Below the pieces are notes generated by a model. It was given only the letters and a program-made list of their open reading frames with translations. It ran no database searches and was not told the origin of the DNA. 64,000 nt of DNA from Macrostomum lignano (Eukaryota), in NCBI GenBank assembly GCA_002269645.1, contig NIVC01002100.1:124001-188000 (forward strand), read 5' to 3'. Position 1 is the first letter of the stretch, and the number at the start of each line of letters is the position of its first letter. The translations under genes and the position numbers were made by a program. Positions 36,901-48,790 of the stretch are shown one piece after another.

Positions 36901-39900
36901 CTTACCAGGTTCTTAACTGAGGAGTTTCTCAGTTGCTAGCCAAGAAGAAACGCAAAAGCAAGCAGGAAAGCCAAGTCCGACAAGTGTCACCAATACTGCA
37001 CGGAGCTGGAGGGCGCTACTTCACGCGTGGTCAAGACCCTCACTCTTGACGAGATGTCAAAGCTCTTAGTTCTCAAAAGATCAGGTGTATTACCCTCCAG
37101 TACGTGCCCAAGGCCCGGAAAGAGGCTACGATTGTTTTCATTTCCAAAGCTGGGAAGGGAGACTGTGAGTGCATCACTCTGCCAAAGCCTACCGCCCCAT
37201 CAGTCTGACGTCCCTCGTACTCAACCAGAATGCTGTTCGATCTGGATGTTTCATCGAAAGCGCTGCACGCCATTGCCGACAAGCTCATGTTAATGTGCCG
37301 TTTGAAACCTTTAGATGAGGCTTAGCTATGTGCGCAACTTATGAAATTTCCACCGTGGAAAACTTTGAGGTTGGGAAAGAATATGAAATTTCGAGCTTAT
37401 GAAACACCCGGCCCCCCTCCCGCCGAGGGTTTGCGGAATGAGCGGTGATGATTCCGCTCATGATGCATCCGGATGCCCAAAGACCCCTGCAGCTGATTCA
37501 AACTTAATATACGCAAAGAATCTTTGCTGTTTCAGAGGCAGCCAAGTCAGCGCAATGCCCAAACCGTTCAAAACACCCGAAACAAAATCGCACCAACCCG
37601 CATATTCGCCATCTCGCTGCTGTTGGTGATGAAGTTGGCGATGCGAGGACTCGTTGACTTCACGAAGTTCTCCGCTATGTAGGATGCCCAGGACGCTGCA
37701 ATAAGGGTCTCGTTCAGCTGGAGTGTTGAATTGTAGGTGTAAAGATGCTTGCATTGTTTTCAACTCTCAAAATTCAGTTTGTTTGCTTCATCGGCTTACT
37801 TTCTTGAGAAACTTTCGCGTCCTTTCTGATTCAGGATAGTAAAGGATTTCTCCGAACATGAGCCGTTTGAGGCCGGAGAACCCGAGCTTGTCGAGCAGCC
37901 AGTCAGGAAGCAGCAGGATGGCATTCTGATAGCGCTTGTCTGAGCAAACTGCGGGTGAGAAACGTCCTCTCTCTTCTTGCATTCAAAATTTAAAACTCTT
38001 TACTGCACAGTGAAGAGATCAGATAAAAATGGCACAAATATTTTTGATTTCCAACTCTAGAAGATAAAATCAGGTGATAGTTGAATGTCTTGATGATACT
38101 GACTGTGAGCAACACGACAATGAAAAGTCGCCACTCTATGCGCCAGTGAGCAATTTCTCTTGGACTATTCTGAAATAAAATATACGAGAAAACTGATCGG
38201 GGCAGCTTTAATCCGTCCAATCCTCGCACAACGCTCCCCCCCCTACTTCATTTCTCAACTTAAGTCTGCCGCGGCGTAGCTAAGATGCCTCACCTGCTAA
38301 GATTGAGACTTTACCTGCCCTCATAAAAGTGGCGACCACAGACAGAATCTTCTGTGATGGCGAAATTTTGATGTTGCTGAGTATCAATAGAAGATGCAAG
38401 TTGAGATAATTCTTGGGCTGCAGGAACACCCAAAGTGCTCCGAAAGCATATAAAAAACGTGAATTCTGAGGACTGCATTAGAAAACAAGGTGCTCACACT
38501 CCTCTGGAGGCACAATGGTTGTCAGATTGACTGTCTTCTCTGAATCGTTTGTCGATTTCTCGATTAATTCGTTTGGCTCGAAGTCTTCGGCTACGTCTTC
38601 GACCATCTCGCGGTCCAGGTAGTCCGACAGGACGTTCTTGCCGGAGCCGCAGACATGGCCGGCTAAGATCTTTACAGACCGCAGCCAGCCCTTCAGTCTG
38701 CTGCTCGACAGGCCTTCAGTCACATTCACGGCGAGGTCGCGCATCTTTCTAAACACGAGCAGCGTTCCATCGTTGCTCATCTCGTTAATCTGCGGGATAT
38801 TTTAATTCAACGTAATGTACGAAAGAAGAGCCTCGTAAGAGCGTGTGTTGTGCTGTCAGATCTACCATGATATCTATTTCAATTTGCCAATCTTCAACCA
38901 TGGAGCTTACCTGAGAAAGAAGCATCTGCAGACTCTTGAGGTCACTGGGGTTGAGCAGAACGCTGCGCTTGTTGCTGTCTGTAGAGGCCATCTTTTAATG
39001 AAAATGATTGGGTTGGAGTTGGAGTCACAAGGCTTAATTTGCTGCTAAGCTCTTTAACGCATAGGTAACCTCTAGTCTCTGGAAAGCACAGCTCTAGACA
39101 GGTGTCAAGAACTCCATCTCTCTCACCTGGGCCCGAACCGCGTCAAAATCCAGCTGAGACCGGAGGTTTTCGCGGAACCGCGGCTGCTTGCAGAGCTCCC
39201 GCACTGCCCGGGTCCAGTTGGCGGTGGCGCCGGCCCCGCTGCACAGGATATTGGGCAGCCCGCTCTGCGACAGCATCAGGCCAGCCATGCCGGGGCCCAT
39301 GGACAGGTCCAAGAGCTGCAATGGGTGATGTCTAATTGTACAAAATTCTAACACGGAGTCCCGTAGGAAGTGGTGAGCATGTCCTAAGACTTTATCCGTA
39401 CAGCTCATAGTTAATACTTAATAGTTAATATTTCATTGTTCTCAGTTCAGAGGCACATTCAGGCAGTGAAATTCAGCTAATTTTATTCCACTTTACCTTG
39501 GGAAACGGCACTTCCGCCGTCTCGAAAGACGCTCTCTGCTCCTTTGTTACCTTGACGCCATCGAACAGCGCGCTGCCGTTGTTTTTGAAAAGCGAGCGGA
39601 GTTTGATCTTCTTCATCTCTGCAATGTCATGACCCATTTTCATGCAGGGACGGGTGATTGCAGGGATAGGAGAGAGCAGGGATAGGAGAGTGCAGGGACA
39701 GGAAAGAGCAGGGATAGGAGAGTGCAGGGACAGGAGAGAGCAGGGACAGGAGAGAGCAGGGACAGAAGAGTGCAGGGACAGGAGAGTGCAGGGACAGGAG
39801 AGAGCAAGGACAGGAGAGTGCAGGGACAGGAGAGAGCAGGGACAGGAGAGAGCAGGGACAGGAGAGAGCAAGGACAGAAGATTGCAGGGACAGGAGAGTG

Positions 39901-41391
39901 CAGGGACAGGAGAGAGCAGGGACAGGAGAGAGCAGGGACAGGAGAGAGCAGGGACAGGAGAGAGCAGGGACAGGAGAGAGCAGGGACAGGAGAGAGCAGG
40001 GACAGGAGAGAGCAGGGACAGGAGAGAGCAGGGACAGGAGAGAGCAGGGACAGGAGTGAGCAGGGACAGGAGAGAGCAAGGACAGAAGATTGCAGGGACA
40101 GGAGAGAGCAGGGACAGGAGAGTGCAGGGACAGGAGAGAGCAGGGACAGGAGAGTGCAGGGACAGCTCAGCTCAGCTCACTTGTGGGGTCGGACAGGGCA
40201 GGGCGCGTGGCCGAGGCGGCGAGTGACAGCTTCTTGATGGTGTTGTGGTTCAGCCAGAAGTTGATCGCGCCCATCACCCGCGATATGTTTCTGAAACTGG
40301 AACGAAGCGAATAATAAAATTAGCTGGAACTTTTCGCATTGACCAAGGAGAGATCTCACCCCTCGTCAGTCACGAGGTCTTGGTCTGTGTGGAAGGTCTG
40401 GGCTCCCTCTCGACAAACTCCCAGGTGACAGAAGGACCTGAGCACCGCACCCAGGCCGCTCGAAGCCAAGGGGGACGGTTTGAACTGGCAGGCCGACGAT
40501 CTCTGAAAGAAGTCCTGCGACTGCCGGATGCCGATGAGGATGGAGATGATCACCAGCGGAGCGAGCAGCTCCATCAAAGTGGAGATCTGCAGAGTTTGAG
40601 CGGCGGTGTTGGATGATTCAGCGCTGAATTCGGGGCAGCCTCATCACTGCGAATCGGGGCAGCCTCATCACTGCGAATCGGGGCAGCCTCATCACTGCGA
40701 ATCGGGGCAGCCTCATCACTGCGAATCGGGACAGCCTCATCACTGCAATTCAGGACAGCCTCATCACTGCGAATCGGGACAGCCTCATCACTGCGAATCG
40801 GGACAGCCTCCTCATTGCGAATCAGGACAGCCTCATCACTGCGAATCGGGACAGCCTCCTCATTGCGAATCAGGACAGCCTCATCACTGCGAATCGGGAC
40901 AGCCTCCTCATTGCGAATCAGGACAGCCTCATCACTGCGAATCGGGACAGCCTCATCACTGCAATTCTGGCTGGTTAAGGAGGCCGTAGCCCAGTGGTCA
41001 AGTGCGGCGCTCTTATGTGCCAGCGGCCCAGGCTCAACTCTTATTGAACATAAGAGCTCAAGTGCAGTCACATTAATTTGGGGCTCGGTTGGAATAACGG
41101 CTTGGGACTACTTGTGCAATCAACGCAATTGAGGGCAAACCTCCGAGGCACAGCCTAACGATAAACGAAGTTAGGGCCGCTGTACACTCCTGCCTGTGTG
41201 CCTGTGTGTATGACTGCGTACGTATCCGCGCTTGTGCGCCTGCTCAGGGGGATTTCAGGAAGTAGAAATGTAAAACCAATGAAACCAGCGCGTCACAAGC
41301 GTTGCACACCGCGCGGACTTACCGGCCGTCTCTGCTTCAGCTTGATGTCCTTCCACAGCAGCACGCAGATCTGCTCACAGGCAGTCACCAT
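27926..41391 (-). CDS. ABCA1-like: ABCA-subfamily full transporter, paralogue C (2274 aa)
   Basis: Exons: 41391-41323 ([23 protein letters not shown]), 40586-40360, 40296-40181, 39618-39497, 39315-39127, 38991-38911, 38789-38498, 37948-37800, 37717-37598, 36442-35966, 35172-34495, 34295-33887, 33759-33391, 33018-31644, 31122-30327, 29707-29215, 29099-28889, 28747-28489, 28399-28052, 27970-27926 ([14 protein letters not shown]). Sum 6825 nt, open frame, both NBDs intact. Confidence 0.93.
31151..31628. repeat. (GACT)n microsatellite, about 119 perfect copies, intron 14 of gene C
   Basis: Uninterrupted gactgact... between exons 33018-31644 and 31122-30327. Confidence 0.98.
35472..35648 (+). mobile_element. 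5'-truncated non-LTR retroelement fragment with (GTAA)n tail
   Basis: Flanked by direct repeat GTAGAAAG (35464-35471 and 35649-35656) and ends in GTAAGTAAGTAAG. Short tandem-repeat tails are typical of RTE-type LINEs; the clade assignment is inference. Confidence 0.55.
39657..40165. repeat. 16-bp purine-rich minisatellite, about 32 copies, filling intron 3 of gene C
   Basis: Unit GCAGGGACAGGAGAG(A/T). Confidence 0.97.
40625..40968. repeat. 24-bp minisatellite, about 14 copies, intron 1 of gene C
   Basis: Unit CACTGCGAATCGGG(G/A)CAGCCTCAT. Confidence 0.96.
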
Positions 41392-42943
41392 GTTCGTCTG
41401 TTTACTTTGAGAAATGCCGCTTCAACTCCGAGAGAGCGAGAGGCAGATTTTATTCTCCGAGCAGTGTAGCTTATTGCGTCAGAGCGGCTCTGAGAGCACG
41501 AAGCAAATTGTTGGCTGTGATGCACGCTGCCGCTCGCCAGTGAGGCCGATCCGGACTGAGAGAAGTGACGGTTTCAGCCGTAATTAAGCCATTTCGACTA
41601 ATTGGCGCCGTGCTGCTCCTTCGGCCACAGACAAACTAAAATGCGAGCCAATTAGGCAAACGGCTGCGAACTAAACTGCTTGCTTTTTATTTATTGCTGA
41701 GATTTGAATTGCTATTCCTACCTGTTGCAGCAGCTGTATTGTGTTGCGTTGCGTGTATTGTGATCGGGCCTTTGGTGCACTTTACTCTCAAGATTTATCA
41801 ATTCAATTCAAATGGGAGGCCCGTTCCATTTTGTACACCAAATCGATTGCCTTGTACATCACACTGGGGGCGTGAGCCTCGAGGGTTGCTGCACCTGCTG
41901 ATGAAGAGGGAGAGTCTAATGAATTTACATAGGAGTTTTTACTCATCTAGACCAACACAAGTTGAGACCTGAAAAACCAACCGTGCTGCCATTTGAGTCA
42001 GTGCGATTTCAACAGGTGAGTCGTGCGCATAAGACTTGCGATTGAGCAGCTTGCAAGCACGTAGATATGTACGCTTAGCAACCCCATCGCTGGGGTACTT
42101 AAAGCGGCATTGTCACACAACCGGCGAGAGGCATTGCTGCCCATTCCGCCGACTCCCCGAGCAGTCAGGCGCATAAGCACACACTCGCACAGGAGTGTAC
42201 AGCGTTTATTATTTACGGCGTTGGTTTATTGTTGGCCTTGGGGTTGGCTCTAAAAGGCGTTAATTTACGGACAGAATGACTGAAAGAATTTTGATCGCGT
42301 TTCCTGCAATAGATGTCACAGCATTCAGGCACCTTTCGCAAAAATTTAGTCAATCTGCGTCATATATTTGCTTGGTGTGGTTACTGACTGTCTGAAATTG
42401 AACTAAAATAGATTACGTCATTGCTTGCAGGCAGGTGAAGACTGTGCATTGGGGCAGAGTGCAATTCTGGCTGGGTGCAAAAGGTGAGAATGGGTAATCA
42501 AGGGTGTCCAAAGCATTGCGTCTTCTTTGCATAGCTCTGGTTTTGCTAAATTTCTAAAGACTGATACTGACTGCCTGTGAAATCTATTACGCCATAAGTG
42601 CTTCCTTTAACTGACTTGATGTGAGAACAAATTTATCGGGAGACCCAGCCTAGATGTGAACAGACTGGACTGCTGATGCAGCGAGCAGGGTTAGAATTTT
42701 GCACACGTTAAAACACCTGTTTTTATCGGTTTTTAGCAGTACACCGATACAAATCCTGACAGCACAAGAGAATTTCTGACTATAGTGCTCTGTGAAATTT
42801 TTGAGAATCATCTGTGCTGTCACACTGGGCACAACACTGCACAGAGCATTGCGCAGTGCATTGCACGTGCACGTTAATGGAAGGTTAATATGAAGCGAGA
42901 ATTAAAGTTAATGGCCAAATTGCCACTTGTGCGCTGAAGCGCC

Positions 42944-43140
42944 AGCACCAGGGGCGCCAGCACCAGGGGCGCCAGCACCAGGGGCGCCAGCACCAGGGGC
43001 GCCAGCACCAGGGGCGCCAGCACCAGGGGCGCCAGCACCAGGGGCGCCAGCACCAGGGGCGCCAGCACCAGGGGCGCCAGCACCAGAGGCGCCAGCACCA
43101 GGGGCGCCAGCACCAGGGGCGCCAGCACCAGGGGCGCCAT
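42944..43140. repeat. 15-bp GC-rich minisatellite, about 13 copies
   Basis: Unit GCGCCAGCACCAGGG. Confidence 0.97.
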
Positions 43141-43818
43141 GTCTGAACTAGGACTTTCAGTTAATGACCATTCTTGACCAGCCATTAAGCAGAGGTCATT
43201 ACCGTGAAGTGACATTTCGATCAATGCCAATGCTCAAGGGCAAGTTGCTGAGATGTCAAGGCCATGGAATTCTAGATATTAACCTAAATTAACCTTCCCG
43301 GATGAAGTCATCGTCCTTGAATTGCAAGGAGCAAAATCTTGATTGTTTTCTTGGGCTGCATTTTTATCTTTGAATGCGTTGCAGCAATTCTAGGAGAAGC
43401 AGTGGATTCGTGTACAGGAAACCCAAACAATGAAATTCTGCTGTCCGTTTCAGGATTCTCAGTGAAATTTCTTTGCAAGTAGCCGCCAGACTGACAGTTG
43501 ATTGCAGCACATCTGTAGCCCATGTTTACAATTCTCAGAGAAAGAATCTTTCTGCAATCGCAACCCTGAACAAGTGGTCCTATTGGACTTTCAAGAAAAA
43601 TGGGGGCTCAACTCAAAAGCCCAGGTTTTCTGGCTGTACATTTGTGCAGTCCTTTGTGCAAAGCTAAGTACGTTCAGCTGCTGGCCCAGCCAAGGAAATC
43701 TAGATCTAGTATCTGGAATAGCAACTCTTGAGTGGAGGCGCTCGGACCCGGACCCCAGTAGGCTGGTGCGAGGATAGAGAAAAATGGGGGAAGTCCGTGT
43801 GGGAAGGGGGGGCAGGCA

Positions 43819-44832
43819 CAGACCAATAGCAGACAACAGACCAATAGCAGACAACAGAACAATAGCAGACAACAGACCAATAGCAGACAACAGAACAATA
43901 GCAGACAACAGACCAATAGCAGACAACAGACCAATAGCAGACAACAGACCAATAGCAGACAACAGACCAATAGCAGACAACAGACCAATAGCAGACAACA
44001 GACCAATAGCAGACAACAGACCAATAGCAGACAACAGACTAATAGCAGACAACAGACCAATAGCAGACAACAGACCAATAGCAGACAACAGACCAATAGC
44101 AGACAACAGACCAATAGCAGACAACAGACCAATAGCAGACAACAGACCAATAGCAGACAACAGACCAATAGCAGACAACAGACCAATAGCAGACAACAGA
44201 CCAATAGCAGACAACAGACCAATAGCAGACAACAGACCAATAGCAGACAACAGACCAATAGCAGACAACAGACCAATAGCAGACAACAGACCAATAGCAG
44301 ACAACAGACCAATAGCAGACAACAGACCAATAGCAGACAACAGACCAATAGCAGACAACAGACCAATAGCAGACAACAGACCAATAGCAGACAACAGACC
44401 AATAGCAGACAACAGACCAATAGCAGACAACAGACCAATAGCAGACAACAGACCAATAGCAGACAACAGACCAATAGCAGACAACAGACCAATAGCAGAC
44501 AACAGACCAATAGCAGACAACAGACCAATAGCAGACAACAGACCAATAGCAGACAACAGACCAATAGCAGACAACAGACCAATAGCAGACAACAGACCAA
44601 TAGCAGACAACAGACCAATAGCAGACAACAGACCAATAGCAGACAACAGACCAATAGCAGACAACAGACCAATTGCAGACAACAGACCAATAGCAGACAA
44701 CAGACCAATAGCAGACAACAGACCAATAGCAGACAACAGACCAATAGCAGACAACAGACCAATAGCAGACAACAGACCAATAGCAGACAACAGACCAATA
44801 GCAGACAACAGACCAATAGCAGACAACAGACA
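43819..44832. repeat. 18-bp minisatellite, about 56 copies
   Basis: Unit AGACCAATAGCAGACAAC; source of the (RPIADN)n and (LLSAIG)n pseudo-ORFs. Confidence 0.98.
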
Positions 44833-45441
44833 ACTGTTTTTGGCGTTGTGAAATTTAGATCTTATGAAGCGCCCCCGCTGGTAATATGCGAATGCAGATT
44901 TATCCATCCTCATTTAATGCAAAACTGTAAGGCCGTTGCCATAATTATACATTTTGCATGCAATAAATAAGAATGTGTGTGCTTTTATTAATTATCTAAA
45001 AAATACAAAAATACAATATTCGTTTCATTTCCATACTTGAAAATCCGATATTAGTTTCTAGCGAGCATCTCATAGCCAAATATTTGTTCAAAGGCAAAAG
45101 CATGTGCGGCTGTGTGGGGTTTCCCCAGTCAGCCTACTAGCGTACGGGGCCAAAGGAGTTCCGGGAAGACTCCAGGTTCTAGTTCTAGATCTCTATGATC
45201 CAATGTACGCTCGTACAAAGACCCATATTTTCATAAAGCTGCACATTTGTCAGGCTCGGTGAAACATGCTGTACAATTTCATTCACTATATGGACTGTTG
45301 GGGAATTGGGATGAAATGCAGAGACCATCTTGACACGGGTTTGAACACCCAATGGCCGTGGACTAGTCAGACATTCCACTAAACAAAAAATACCTGACTA
45401 AGTGAGTCCACGTGTGGAGCCACGAAGACCAGTCTGTGAGA

Positions 45442-45859
45442 GGGGGGCGCTTCATAAGACCTAAATTTCACAACGCCTAAAGCACATGACTTCACATCAC
45501 CTAAATTTCATAACGCCCAAGTTTCACAACGCCTAAAATCGAAAATGCAGCCTCCTTCACAACGCCTAAATTTCACATCGCCTAAATTTCATATCGCCTA
45601 AATTTCATATCGCCTAAATTTCATAACGCCTAAAACCAAAAATGCATCCTACTTCATATCGCCTAAATTTCATATCGCCTAAATTTCACAACGCCTAAAA
45701 ATCTGCATGTTCTTTCATATCGCCTAAACTTCATATCGCCTAAATTTCACAACACCTAAAACTGAATGTGAAGGAGAGAAGCAAAGATTTTAGGCGTTGT
45801 GAAATTTAGGCGATATGAAATTTAGGCGTTGTGAATTTAGGTCTTATGAAAGCGTCCCC
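45442..45859. mobile_element. MITE/foldback-type non-autonomous DNA element (418 bp)
   Basis: TIRs of about 40 bp (left GGGGGGCGCTTCATAAGACCTAAATTTCACAACGCCTAAA; right end reverse complement GGGGACGCTTTCATAAGACCTAAATTCACAACGCCTAAA), internal AAATTTCA(C/T)A(A/T)CGCCT subrepeats, perfect flanking duplication TGTGAGA (7 bp, or 8 bp CTGTGAGA). Confidence 0.85.
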
Positions 45860-46078
45860 TGTGAGAGTCCGATCAGGTGATAGTGCACACGATATGCCAA
45901 GGAGCGCTGCCATTGGTCCGCGTGGACTGGACTGCAGCCGTGGACTCGGGCTTCTCTGGGAATGGGAGAGCTAAAAATAGACTCATTGGCTGAGTGGGCC
46001 AGTGCGTCTGACTCGTAGTTAAAAGGTCGGAGGTTCGAATTTTGCTAGAGAAAGTATTATGTAAATGTAAATAATATC

Positions 46079-46079
46079 A

Positions 46080-46106
<27 letters not shown>
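46079..46106. repeat. (TA)n microsatellite
   Basis: Direct reading. Confidence 0.95.
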
Positions 46107-46110
<4 letters not shown>

Positions 46111-46749
46111 CAAGAAAGCAGAAAATACAATAAATTTTAATTTTAATGAACAAACTTGAAACTATATTTGCTAAGATTGTTAGATTACTAAGGATTATAA
46201 CATTATTAAGATTAAGGCCTCGAAATACAAGCATAAGAAAAGTAGTATTGAAAGAGTATAAATATTATTATTACAACATAAATATTCAAAAAGTGAAAAT
46301 ACTTTTTTTAAGTGTTAGAGTTCGTATTCGTACTTCTTCATCTGTAATCACAATAGCTTGAATCAACAGCTCATTGCTGGATTGTATCAATAGAATTTTA
46401 GGGATTGAAACAAAATTATTGCTTTCCACAACGGGTCGCAAGGTGGGGGTCCGGTAAGGGGGGCAAAGCATTGTCATGTTCCCCCTACAGCTTTTACTGA
46501 GGGACATGTCCCCGCCGCTGGCGACGCCCCCGGTTATTGTCATGCATTTAACACAATAAAGTAAGGTAAAAATTATTTAGACAGGTACGAATTTCTCAGA
46601 GACCACTAGCAGTATATGCAGGACGCTGCACTCAAAGATAGTGCAATTTTATTCGTGGCCGATTCCCTGGCAATAAATTTTAACTTTCTTATAAGTTTCG
46701 AAACAGTTTTTCACTCTTTCCAAACCTAGCGGTCGGTCCCGAGTCCATG

Positions 46750-47035
46750 CAGGGAATTCTCTAGACCTGGACGGGGAATTCTCTGGACCTGGACAGGGAA
46801 TTCTGTATACCTGGACAGGGAATTCTGTATACCTGGACAGGGAATTCTGTATACCTGGACAGGGAATTCTCTAGACCTGGACAGGGAATTCTCTAGACCT
46901 GGACAGGGAATTCTCTAGACATGGACAGGGAATTCTCTAGACCTGGACAGGGAATTCTCTAGACATGGACAGGGAATTCTCTAGACATGGACAGGGAATT
47001 CTCTAGACCTGGACAGGGAATTCTCTAGACCTGGA
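46750..47035. repeat. 22-bp minisatellite, about 13 copies
   Basis: Unit CAGGGAATTCT(CTAG/GTAT)AC(C/A)TGGA. Confidence 0.95.
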
Positions 47036-47222
47036 AGTGACACTGGCCAATGGGGGCGGGCCAAGTCAGGCCGACCTCTTCCGAGCCTGAGCCCAGCCCA
47101 GTTCATGCATATTGATGTTGCAAGCAAATAAAAAAGACCTTAATTTGTTACTTAGAAACATCAAAAATTATATACTGCACACAATAGAAATAGCATCAGA
47201 TAGTAGGCATTGCCATTCAAAT

Positions 47223-48790
47223 TTACCAAAAACTGTCAAAAGCCAGGATATGAAGGGAAAAGCAACGGAGAGAAGTGGTCCGGAACTGGGGGTTCAACTT
47301 GGCAATTTTTCGGCAGCTGTCGTTTTCTTTCAGGCCATCAGTTCTTCGCTTGCGAACGAGGGAAGGACGATTGATCTCTGTAGTGAAGTTCTTAAGAAAG
47401 CAGTTGAGAAGGCGGAAGGAAAACTGCCGAATCACTTGCCTGAGAGAGTGCTTAGAGCAACGAAAGCGACGCGATGCGAATTCAGCTGAATTCTGCATCT
47501 TGACAATGACCAGTGCAGCAAAGCCGCTGAGAAGCTTCTTCCAGATCGCTGCAGCCTCGAAGGTTCTCAAAAGCCACCTGTCATCGCTGCTGAGACCATA
47601 TATGGAGTCGCAGTTAAATTCCACTCTCTTCGCGGTGGTCACCTCGTCGATGATGAGGACCACATACTTCTCTCGAGGGTCAAGCGATCCTGCCCGCAGC
47701 TGAATGTACGCCTCCTCCACGATGCCAGACTCCTTGGAAAGAACGGATGTCAGCCTAACGAGATTCCTGATAGAGGGCAAGTAAACGGACCCATCGTCCA
47801 GAATCGCCTTGTAGGCAGCGCGGCTAGTTGAAAAAACCAAATACGCCAGTACTGTTGTTGTTGGCGTATAGCGACGAGACGGCCCCGGGTGTGGATCAGG
47901 GAAAATTGCTCGAGAAGGAACTTCACTTGTCCTTGAACATCTGATTCATCGCTCAGAGATCCGAGGTAGCTCCTCAAAACTTCCTCCACGAAATCAGACG
48001 ACGTGATGGGATCACGTGTCTCTCCTGTCTGGGCCAGAGATTTGAGGAATGTCAGCAGGTTCTCAGAAGGGGTTGCCTTCACAAACGCGAAATTTCACAA
48101 CCGCTAAATCACCTACTTTCATAAACGCGAAACTTCATAACCGCGAATCTTCACAACCGCTAAATCACCTACTTTCACAACCGCGAAACTTTATAACCGC
48201 GAAACTTCACAACCGCTAAAAAGACTGCCGTTTATCAAAGTAAACGCAAAAATTTTAGCGGTTATGAAGTTTCGCGTTTGTGAAGTTTCGCGTTTATGAA
48301 ACCCACCCCTCAAAAGTGGAGAACAGATGGAGGGTGTCCTGCTGCTTTGGAAACAGATGTCCAAGCATGCTGCTAGTACAGTGAAGGCCATAAACAAATG
48401 CCTGATACGTGAGATCTTCAAAGACAGTCAGTGAAGCTGTGAGGTGTGGAGCGGAGTCTGAGATGGATGTGTCGATCAGGAAAAAGGAAGCTAATCCAGC
48501 GTTGGTGCTTCTTACAAATCCGGATGGAATATTGGCCGAATCCAACTTGTCTAGCAGGTCACTGAGTCTAGGTGGTCGGTTGATTCTCTGACGAAGTCAG
48601 CTTCCGTGAAGTGCTTCGAGCAGACACGCTGAGAAGACGTGGCCTTCAGGTCGGCGGTTGGTATAGCACGAAGCCACTGCTGTCTCAGTACAGGATGCTT
48701 TGGGAAAGCATAATACTCGTAGCTTATTCCCACAGTTCCTTCTGGCGAACAGCCTGATTTGCAGCCGAACACACAGCACTTGTAACCCAT
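47223..48790 (-). pseudogene. Disrupted THAP-domain P-element-like transposase
   Basis: THAP C2CH zinc finger at 48790-48551 (MGYKCCVFGC...YAFPK...QWLRAI...VCSKHF...DF). There is a frame change after THAP, a MITE insertion at 48069-48309, a frameshift near GRR/Y at about 47880, and a first catalytic Asp motif IIDEV. Most of the catalytic core is missing. Confidence 0.8.
48069..48309. mobile_element. MITE (about 240 bp) inserted in the P-like transposase
   Basis: Ends GGGGTTGCCTTCACAAACGCGAAA and (reverse complement) GGGGTGGGTTTCATAAACGCGAAA; internal TTCA(C/T)AACCGC subrepeats; imperfect flanking duplication (C)TCAGAA/(C)TCAAAA. Removing it fuses FSTFE to NLLTFL in frame. Confidence 0.8.

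Noticed and set aside
7025-44913. Long periodic ORFs on the tandem arrays ([49 protein letters not shown])
   Set aside because: They are open in several frames on both strands only because the units lack stops, and they lie in introns or intergenic DNA. There is no evidence that they are proteins.
45480-45760. MITE subrepeat (TTTCATAACGCCT) as the source of the large satellite core (TTACATGACGCTT)
   Set aside because: A 10/13 match in AT-rich sequence is weak, and the adjacent 450-bp unit offers a better, positionally continuous precursor.
46750-47035. Synthetic polylinker or vector contamination (GAATTC and TCTAGA in each unit)
   Set aside because: It is a naturally varying 22-bp tandem array with no other vector features.
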